From the NCBI GenBank assembly GCA_965371805.1, contig CBDUZW010000004.1, positions 82,954-146,953 on the forward strand: a stretch of 64,000 bases of DNA. The letters run 5' to 3'. Below, piece after piece: positions 56,915-64,000 of the stretch. Both the position numbers and the translations under genes were made by a program. The DNA comes from an uncultured bacterium (lineage in GTDB: Bacteria > Acidobacteriota > Aminicenantia > UBA2199). Within the stretch, counting starts at the first letter, position 1. Each line of letters opens with the position of its first letter. Under the pieces are notes generated by a model. The model was not told the origin of the DNA, ran no database searches, and worked only from the letters and a program-made list of their open reading frames with translations.

Positions 56915-57802
56915 ATGGAAGATATAAAAATTGGAATTATTGGTGGAAGTGGCTTTTATGATATGGAGTTTGAAGATGCGGAATATATTCATATTGATAC
57001 CCCTTTTGGGCAACCTTCAGAAAAAATACTGATTGGCAAAATTGATAATGTAAAAATTGCATTTTTGTCCAGACATGGAATTGGACACCGGTTCTCTCCA
57101 TCTGAAGTAAATTATAGAGCAAATCTATTTGCTTTAAAAACATTAGGTGTAAAAAACCTGGTTTCTTTTACCGCTGTTGGTTCATTGAAAGAAGAACTGA
57201 AACCGACAGACCTGGTTATACCGGATCAGTATTATGATAATACATTTAAGAGAGAAAAAACATTTTTTGAAAATGGGATAGTTGGACATGTCTCTATGGC
57301 TGAACCAACCTGTCCGGTTTTGTCTGATATTGCGTGTAAAATTGCAAAAGAGATTGGATTGTCTGTGCACAAAGGTGGAACCTATTTTAATATGGAAGGA
57401 CCTCAGTTTTCTTCCAGAGCAGAATCCTTTGCGTATAGACATCATGATTTTTCCATAATCGGTATGACTCAGGCTATTGAGGCAAAACTTGCCAAAGAAC
57501 TGGAAATGTGTTTTCTTCCCCTTGCTTTTGTAACAGATTATGATTGCTGGCATGAAGATACGGAAAATGTTTCAGTGGATATGGTTATTGAGAATCTTAA
57601 TAAAAATACTTCAAATGCACAGAAGATAGTAAATCTTCTTGCAACCAGCTTAACTTCTGATAATGCAGATTGTAAATGTGAGACATCACTCGAATATGCA
57701 ATCATGACAGATCCTAAATCAATTACTTATAATACCTTTAAAAGGCTAAAACCTATTATTTGCAAATACATTAAAGAACCTGGAGATAAAATTCATGAAT
57801 GA
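56915..57802 (+). CDS. mtnP: S-methyl-5'-thioadenosine phosphorylase
   Basis: Start re-assigned to MEDIKIGIIGGSGFYD, which has a GGTGGAAAAATG RBS. Strong MTAP similarity throughout (DTPFGQPS, HGIGHRFSPSEVNYRAN, EGPQFSSRAESFAYR, TDYDCWHED). Confidence 0.85.
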   Translation: MEDIKIGIIGGSGFYDMEFEDAEYIHIDTPFGQPSEKILIGKIDNVKIAFLSRHGIGHRFSPSEVNYRANLFALKTLGVKNLVSFTAVGSLKEELKPTDLVIPDQYYDNTFKREKTFFENGIVGHVSMAEPTCPVLSDIACKIAKEIGLSVHKGGTYFNMEGPQFSSRAESFAYRHHDFSIIGMTQAIEAKLAKELEMCFLPLAFVTDYDCWHEDTENVSVDMVIENLNKNTSNAQKIVNLLATSLTSDNADCKCETSLEYAIMTDPKSITYNTFKRLKPIICKYIKEPGDKIHE

Positions 57803-58859
57803 TCTAATACTTATAATTAACACTGGCAATACTTCTACAAAAATTGGGATTTATAAGGGTGAAATAAAACAGTTTGACGAATCCATTCCGCATAGTGATG
57901 AGGACCTCGCTGAATTTTCTGATATTAATTCTCAAAAGCAATATAGAGAAAATTTAATTTTCGGTTTTTTGAAAGATAAGAAAATAGAACTTAATCAGTT
58001 GAGAGCAGTAGCGGCAAGAGGAGGCCTTTTAAAACCTCTGGATAGTGGAACATACCTTGTAACTGAGGATATGATAACTGATCTTATTGAATGTAAAAGA
58101 GGGGCACATGCCTCTCATCTTTCTGCTCAAATAGGATACTCGATTGCAAAAAAAATGAATATCAAATGTTTCGTTGTAGATCCAATTTCAGTTGATGAAC
58201 TTGAGCCAATTGCCAGATATTCCGGCAATAAATTGTTTGAAAGAATTATGCTTTCTCATGCTTTAAATATGAAGGCTGTTGCAAAAAGATTTGCTAAAGA
58301 AAAATCCCTGGATTATAAAAAATTAAATCTTATTGTAATTCATCTTGGAACCGGTATCTCGATTTCAATTCATAGTGGTGGAAAGATGATCGATGCTATA
58401 AATTCAAGTGAAGAGGGATGCTTTTCTCCAGACAGATCAGGTGGTTTGCCTGTGCTTCAGGTTATAAGATATATTGATAAAACAGGTATTGATATAAAAA
58501 AATTAGAAAAGATGATATTTGGAAATGGAGGTTTGTTTTCATATTTGCAGACTAAAAACTTTTTCAAAGTTGAGGAATTATACAAAAAAGGTGAGATTGA
58601 AGTCATAAATGTTGTAAAAGCTATGGTTTATCAAGTGGCAAAAGAAGTTGGGGCATTTTCAACAGTCGTAAATGGAAATATTGATAATATATTAATTACC
58701 GGAGGTATGGCATATGTAGATTTTTTAATAGATCTTATCTCAAAAAGAATTAATTTTATTGCTCCAATCGAGATTTATCCTGGTGAGGATGAAATTGAAG
58801 CACTTGCAGAGGGAACCTTACGAGTATTGTCCGGTGAAGAACCACAACTTAAATATTAG
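57795..58859 (+). CDS. buk: Butyrate kinase paralog (acyl kinase), overlapping the mtnP stop
   Basis: ILIINTGNTSTKIGIY, HLGTGISISI and ITGGMAYV ASKHA motifs. About 40% identical to the buk gene at 52990. Confidence 0.8.
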   Translation: MNDLILIINTGNTSTKIGIYKGEIKQFDESIPHSDEDLAEFSDINSQKQYRENLIFGFLKDKKIELNQLRAVAARGGLLKPLDSGTYLVTEDMITDLIECKRGAHASHLSAQIGYSIAKKMNIKCFVVDPISVDELEPIARYSGNKLFERIMLSHALNMKAVAKRFAKEKSLDYKKLNLIVIHLGTGISISIHSGGKMIDAINSSEEGCFSPDRSGGLPVLQVIRYIDKTGIDIKKLEKMIFGNGGLFSYLQTKNFFKVEELYKKGEIEVINVVKAMVYQVAKEVGAFSTVVNGNIDNILITGGMAYVDFLIDLISKRINFIAPIEIYPGEDEIEALAEGTLRVLSGEEPQLKY

Positions 58860-58865
58860 ATAAGG

Positions 58866-59444
58866 ATGAAAGAGAAAAATAACCGAAATTCTCAAGGTGA
58901 TGTCGAAATAATGCTTCACTCAATTGACAATAGGATTGAAGCACTAAAGGCCCAATATAATTTGTTTTTTTCTGGCGATCTACGTGTTCCACCTGAACAG
59001 GAGAGAGAATCTCTTGAAAAAAAAGTTAGAAATATTTTTTATTCTGGTACAAAAAGTCCAAGATTGTCTTTGTTAATACAAAATATATCATCAAAGTTTG
59101 CACTTTATAATAATATGTGGTTAAAAAGATTAAATGCAATAGAAGGAGGCTTTACTATTAATAAGCGTAAACCAACACCTGTTGTAGAAAAAGAGATTAA
59201 AAAGAAAGAAGTGAAAATAAAGCCAATTAATGTAAGTTTAAACGAGGAGGACTCATTTGATCAGTTTTATGAGAAGTATAAAGATTTGAGTATAGGACAG
59301 TCTGCAAAAATAATGGAAAAGGAAAAAATGATAAACTCAATAAAGATGAAATTAATTACAGAAAATCTTATTGATGTTAAAATTGCTTTCCAGATCGAGA
59401 AAGGAAAAGTTAAATTAAAAATTAAAAGACAGAATTTTGAATAA
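58866..59444 (+). CDS. Hypothetical protein (192 aa)
   Basis: ORF in the same direction and tightly packed with its neighbours. No recognisable domain. Confidence 0.35.
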   Translation: MKEKNNRNSQGDVEIMLHSIDNRIEALKAQYNLFFSGDLRVPPEQERESLEKKVRNIFYSGTKSPRLSLLIQNISSKFALYNNMWLKRLNAIEGGFTINKRKPTPVVEKEIKKKEVKIKPINVSLNEEDSFDQFYEKYKDLSIGQSAKIMEKEKMINSIKMKLITENLIDVKIAFQIEKGKVKLKIKRQNFE

Positions 59445-60780
59445 ATCTAAAATTAGAATAAATATAGGATTGCTAAAACTATTTATTATAATTCTATCTT
59501 TTTTTATACTTGGAGATTATGGTTTTTCTCAAATTCAGGTTCAAACCTATCAACTAAACAATGGGCTGAGAGTTATTTTATCCCCAATAGAAAATATTCA
59601 CTCTGTGTGTGTTTTTACATATTTTAAAACTGGTGTAAGAGACGATCCTGTTGAATTGAAGGGAGCATCAACTATTTTTAAAAACATAAGACTTAAATCC
59701 GGGACAAGAAACTTCAACTATCTTGAAGGGCTTTTATACACAAAAAACCAAGGTGGTATAGCAGGCAGTAAGGTTGAATATGATTATTCATATTTTTATC
59801 AAATTGTTCAAGCAGAGAATTTAAATATTGCATTGATGTTGGAGGGAGAAAGGTTTAAATCTCTTAAGCTCAGCAATAGAGGGTTTCAGATCCAAAAAAA
59901 CAGACATATTCAGCGGTTAAAAAGACTTGTAAATTATAGTCGATATTATAATTCATATCTTTGGGTAAACTCAAAATTATTTGCAAATTCAGTTTATCAA
60001 TACCCGGTGATGGGGAGTCTTGACAAGATCATTAATATAAAAACAGATGATATTGATTCTGTTTATAATAGATATTCTGATCCGAATTTAACGACACTTA
60101 TAGTTACTGGTAAATTTGATACTATTGAAATCAAGAGAAAAATATTGAAATATTTCTCAACTATAAAATCCAGGGGGAATAAGACTATAAATTACTCACC
60201 TTTGAATTTAAAGACTGAATCTATATCTGCAACCGGTCTCTCTAAAAATGTTTCCGAACATTTTGTTATATTTGGAATTCAAGCTCCTTCTGTTCTTGAT
60301 CAGAGTTTTGAGACATTTTTATTTATGAAATATTTTTTGTTGGATAAAAGAAGAGACAGTATTTCCAACTATTTAAAAGATAAAAATAAACTGGATGTTT
60401 CAATAGATTTTAGACTTTCAGATAATATAGAATCGAATAGTCTGGTTATTGGAGTTTCTTCAAAAACTAAAATAAATATTGTTAGAACAAAATACCTAAT
60501 TCTAAGTTATTTTAAAAATTTGCCAACATTAATGCTTAAAAAAAAGATTGATATCAAAAATATTAAAAATCTGATGGAAATTGACTATAGGAAAAAATTA
60601 TCCGGGCTTGTATCCAGAAGTGAGTTACTAGCAAAATCTGAACATTTCTTTAATAATCTTGATATCAATAAAAACATTTTAAATAAAATTCAGAAGATTG
60701 GTCTTTATAATATAATAGGTCTGTGTAAAAAATATTTTACACAAAATAAAATAATTATGTTATATGAATATAATGATTAA
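59437..60780 (+). CDS. M16 (insulinase/pitrilysin)-like protein lacking the HxxEH zinc motif (probably non-catalytic)
   Basis: Signal peptide. N-terminal YQLNNGLRVILSP, typical of M16 domains. No HxxEH at the expected position. Confidence 0.4.
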   Translation: MNKSKIRINIGLLKLFIIILSFFILGDYGFSQIQVQTYQLNNGLRVILSPIENIHSVCVFTYFKTGVRDDPVELKGASTIFKNIRLKSGTRNFNYLEGLLYTKNQGGIAGSKVEYDYSYFYQIVQAENLNIALMLEGERFKSLKLSNRGFQIQKNRHIQRLKRLVNYSRYYNSYLWVNSKLFANSVYQYPVMGSLDKIINIKTDDIDSVYNRYSDPNLTTLIVTGKFDTIEIKRKILKYFSTIKSRGNKTINYSPLNLKTESISATGLSKNVSEHFVIFGIQAPSVLDQSFETFLFMKYFLLDKRRDSISNYLKDKNKLDVSIDFRLSDNIESNSLVIGVSSKTKINIVRTKYLILSYFKNLPTLMLKKKIDIKNIKNLMEIDYRKKLSGLVSRSELLAKSEHFFNNLDINKNILNKIQKIGLYNIIGLCKKYFTQNKIIMLYEYND

Positions 60781-62152
60781 AACAAAATTATTTCAAAAGG
60801 TCTTGTTTTTAACAATGTTTTTGATAATTTCTAAACCGATTTTTCCAGAATCTTTATCCAATGACAATAAAGTTACAATATTTATTCGCGATTTTAAATT
60901 TGTAATTTTAAAAAATGATCAAATAGACTTTTTTCATGCAGAATTGATAATTTTGTATAAAACTAAAAATATAGGATCTGCTATTCCATATATTACAGCG
61001 AGAACAGTTTTCACTAAATCTCTTCAGTCAAAGTCTCCTATTTCTAAATCATTAAAGGCACTTGGTAATGATTATGAACTTCAATTCATGGCAGACCATT
61101 TGATACTTAAGATTAATTTTTTAAAGCAAAAACTCCCAAAATTCATGAAATTTCTTTCAGCTCTTTACAAAACAAATTTATTATCAGAAAAAGATTTAAA
61201 TTATGAGAAAAGAAAAATAATTGAAGAGTATAGGACAAATGATAAATTCAGGATAAAAATGGGTCTGTATTCTGCTTATAAATATTTTTTTAAAAATCAG
61301 ATTCTTGGGAATAATTTTTTTACAATTAACCAGGTAAAAGAATGTACGATTAATAATATTATTGTTCACTATAAAGGTACATATGTTCCAGAAAATTCAT
61401 CCCTGTATATTACAGGCAAATTAAATTCAAGCGTAATGATTTGGAGTGTAAAAAATTTTCTAAGGAAAATACCCAAAAGATTCAGTCAAATTAAAAAAAA
61501 AACTCAGATAAAAATAACCAGAATCTCAAGACCGATTGTTTTAAATATTCCTGGAATATTAACTCCGACTGTCATTTATATAAAGTTAGTAAAAATAAAA
61601 AATAAAAATTATGTTTCAAATATTATTATAAACGATAGATTATTTGGTCAATATCCTATTGATACAATTAGTGATAAATCATTAAAATACAAAATCAAAA
61701 AAAATTTTCTTATTAGTACAGAGATCTTGGCTCATAGAGGATTAGCAGTGATTAGTAATTCGATTAATATGAATTACATGTCTTTAAAGAATTTTCTTTA
61801 TTCTTTACAAAGTGAAATTAGAAAAATAAAAATGGAAATAATGGATAGAAGAAGCTATAAAAAATATTTTAATTATTTTTATGGAAGGTCTAAGGTAAAT
61901 TCCAGAAACTTCTCTAATCAACTTGAAGAGGAGCTAAGGAGATTTATTCTTTCCAGAGATGAACTTCCTGATAAACGAGAGAACAGAAGTCTGCATTTAA
62001 AAATTAATAATATTTTAAAAGAAGAGAGAAAAAATTTTTTTAAAACTAAAAAGGTTTTTTCCAAAAATGAGATTGTTGTTATAATTGGAGATATTGATAA
62101 AATTTTAAAGTATTTTCCAAAGATCAATGCTGAAATAGTTGATGTAGAATGA
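60764..62152 (+). CDS. Second M16-like or hypothetical secreted protein, paired with the previous gene
   Basis: Signal peptide. Size and tandem arrangement typical of two-component M16 pairs. Motif support is weak. Confidence 0.3.
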   Translation: MNIMIKTKLFQKVLFLTMFLIISKPIFPESLSNDNKVTIFIRDFKFVILKNDQIDFFHAELIILYKTKNIGSAIPYITARTVFTKSLQSKSPISKSLKALGNDYELQFMADHLILKINFLKQKLPKFMKFLSALYKTNLLSEKDLNYEKRKIIEEYRTNDKFRIKMGLYSAYKYFFKNQILGNNFFTINQVKECTINNIIVHYKGTYVPENSSLYITGKLNSSVMIWSVKNFLRKIPKRFSQIKKKTQIKITRISRPIVLNIPGILTPTVIYIKLVKIKNKNYVSNIIINDRLFGQYPIDTISDKSLKYKIKKNFLISTEILAHRGLAVISNSINMNYMSLKNFLYSLQSEIRKIKMEIMDRRSYKKYFNYFYGRSKVNSRNFSNQLEEELRRFILSRDELPDKRENRSLHLKINNILKEERKNFFKTKKVFSKNEIVVIIGDIDKILKYFPKINAEIVDVE

Positions 62153-62154
62153 TT

Positions 62155-63048
62155 TTAGATAAATATGCCTATTGAAAATGTAATCCCATATAATATAAGA
62201 ATTTTACCTGTGAAACTTAATATTTTGTTTAATTTTTCTCCATCTTCTGAAGTCTTAAGTATCTTATAAGGATAGAAAATTAATAAGAGTATTATTGCAG
62301 ATAGAGATGAGCATAAATAACTTTGATCAAATAATCCTATAATAATTGGAATAAATGCTGCAATTATTATGGAAAAAATATATTCATATATACCAAAATC
62401 TTTACCGAACCTGACGACCAGAGTTCTTTTTCCAGTTCTTCTGTCATTATTGATATCTCTTATATTATTTACTGCGAGAATTGCTACAGAGATTAATCCT
62501 GGTCCAAAGCCTAAGATGATAATTAATGGGTCTATAGACAGTGTTTGGACAAAATATGTTCCAGCAAGAGATACAGGCCCAAAAAACACCAGTACAAATA
62601 AATCACCAAAGCCTAGATATCCATAAGGAGAGGAGCCTCCTGTATAAAAATATCCTGCTAATAAAGATAATATTCCAATTATGATTATTGGGATACCCCC
62701 TCTTAATATCAGGACAATCGAACTGATAATTATTAAAAACAAAACAAAATAAATAGAGTTTTTCATCTGGTTTACTGTAACAAGACCCGCTTGTGTAACT
62801 CTTACCGGTCCAATCCTTTTCTCATCATCAGTACCATTTTTGAAGTCAGAATAGTCGTTTACCAGATTTGTACCTATTTGAATAAGAATGGCACATATAA
62901 TTGTAGTTAAACTTAGAAATAAGTGAAATGAATTATGTTTTATAGCAATAGCAGTACCCATAATGACAGGAACTATTGAAGCAGGCAATGTCTTTGGACG
63001 AATTGCCATCCACCATATTCCTGAAGATTCTAATATCTTTTTATTCAT
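62155..63048 (-). CDS. menA: UbiA-family prenyltransferase, probably 1,4-dihydroxy-2-naphthoate octaprenyltransferase
   Basis: Polytopic protein with NDYSDFKNGTD (first Asp-rich motif) and DINNDRRTGKRTL (second). Start is probably MNKKILESS rather than the upstream M. Confidence 0.65.
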   Translation of the reverse strand: MNKKILESSGIWWMAIRPKTLPASIVPVIMGTAIAIKHNSFHLFLSLTTIICAILIQIGTNLVNDYSDFKNGTDDEKRIGPVRVTQAGLVTVNQMKNSIYFVLFLIIISSIVLILRGGIPIIIIGILSLLAGYFYTGGSSPYGYLGFGDLFVLVFFGPVSLAGTYFVQTLSIDPLIIILGFGPGLISVAILAVNNIRDINNDRRTGKRTLVVRFGKDFGIYEYIFSIIIAAFIPIIIGLFDQSYLCSSLSAIILLLIFYPYKILKTSEDGEKLNKILSFTGKILILYGITFSIGIFI

Positions 63049-63311
63049 AATTGAATTATAATGCAAAATGCAATATATATCCAATCTGATTTGAGGGATA
63101 AGGAAAAAGCAAGATAAATAATTGATGATAAAGGTATATTAGTGATAAATGTAACAATATAGATACAGACTTTAACTAAATGTCACTTTTTTATGACAAA
63201 AAAAATCTATTTTGCTATAATATATTGGCAGAGAAAATGCTGCTTAATATTTACAAGTTAAATTGAACGATTGTTTTATAAATTATTTAATTTAGTTTAG
63301 AGGAGATTATT

Positions 63312-64000
63312 ATGAAAAAAACAATTTATTTTACCATTAGTTTATTAACAATAATATTTTTGTCTTACTGTACAATTCATTTTCCATATGATTATGAAAC
63401 AATAGGCAGGCAGCATAAAATAGTTTTTAAAATTGTTCCCGAAGATGCTCTTGTTCTTCTGAATGGGAAATTGATAGGTGAAGCATATGAGTTTTCAACA
63501 TGGGAATCTGCTTTACGTATCTCTTCAAAAGACAATGAATTAATAGTCAAAAGAGAAGGTTTTATTGAAGAGGTTATTGATCTTTATGAGTATGATGGAA
63601 GAGAATTTATTGTAAAGGTTAATCTTAAAAGGGATGATGAATATAAACCGGAAAGAAGAGTAATTCGTAAGAGAGAATTAAAGCAAAAGGAAACAGATCA
63701 ACGAAAAAAGATAGAAGGTGTTGCAGTAAGACCTAAAAAAATAAAAAATTTAGAGATAAAATCTGATGAAGACGATATCATTTTTCATAAAACCTCGCTT
63801 TCACTAAGTGTCTCGCCATCAGATGCTGCAATATATATAAATAAAAAATTCTGGGGAATTTCACCTAAATCAGGCAGGATAAATAATATTGTTTTAAGAA
63901 CAGGCAAGTATTCACTGGAAATCATCAAACCTGGCTATGTGAGTGTTATAAAAACAATTATAGTTTCAGGAAAAATGAAGAACCTTGATATGATAATTGC
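63312..64000 (+). CDS. PEGA-domain lipoprotein (3'-partial, runs off the window)
   Basis: Starts at the ATG at 63312 (MKKTIYFTISLLTIIFLSYC, lipobox). Repeated beta-rich modules resembling PEGA domains (EIIKPGYVSVIKTIIVSG). No stop before the window end. Confidence 0.4.
   Translation, partial: MKKTIYFTISLLTIIFLSYCTIHFPYDYETIGRQHKIVFKIVPEDALVLLNGKLIGEAYEFSTWESALRISSKDNELIVKREGFIEEVIDLYEYDGREFIVKVNLKRDDEYKPERRVIRKRELKQKETDQRKKIEGVAVRPKKIKNLEIKSDEDDIIFHKTSLSLSVSPSDAAIYINKKFWGISPKSGRINNIVLRTGKYSLEIIKPGYVSVIKTIIVSGKMKNLDMII

Overview
This 64 kb window is chromosomal sequence from a low-GC (about 30% GC) bacterium with a Gram-negative-type envelope (LpxD, OmpA-domain protein, outer-membrane beta-barrel protein). 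Its metabolism looks anaerobic or fermentative: two butyrate kinases, phosphate butyryltransferase, an sdhCDAB succinate dehydrogenase/fumarate reductase operon, and the methionine-salvage enzymes MtnA and MTAP. The window holds about 65 protein genes, mostly in tight and often overlapping operons. It also holds two tRNAs (Arg-ACG and Ser-CGA) and RNase P RNA. There is no CRISPR array.

Main blocks, in order:
- Envelope-polymer genes: a sulfatase-like protein, large membrane proteins, and an MBOAT O-acyltransferase with an SGNH-like partner.
- A dead locus where a truncated group II intron reverse transcriptase/maturase abuts a decayed sulfatase paralog.
- rocD followed by a PseG-like gene and an ATP-grasp gene.
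- A STAS-like gene followed by cheA, cheR and cheB.
- mtnA and OmpA/TPR envelope genes.
- A signalling island, the most interesting feature. It has two tandem single-domain receiver proteins, a cytoplasmic hybrid histidine kinase with a C-terminal HPt domain, and a SiaD-like diguanylate cyclase followed by SiaB-like and SiaC-like (DUF1987) partner-switch proteins. No SiaA phosphatase is present. The kinase and the cyclase share a roughly 26-aa N-terminal block.
- A frameshifted cupredoxin lipoprotein, tsaC, sdhCDAB, motAB, an orphan AmmeMemoRadiSam-type radical SAM gene, trxA, a 5'-nucleotidase, tdk, and polA translationally coupled to a receiver/coiled-coil protein.
- A PtsN-like EIIA gene, a PII-like gene, and two CPA2 antiporter genes.
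- tRNA-Arg, lpxD, and tadA overlapping tRNA-Ser, followed by tandem degenerate copies of the tRNA 3' end.
- yjbQ, buk-ptb, rnpB, a small upstream ORF coupled to mogA, mtnP-buk2, an inactive M16 pair and menA.

A short repeated element that carries an MSR(S/I)F... mini-ORF occurs three times in the window.
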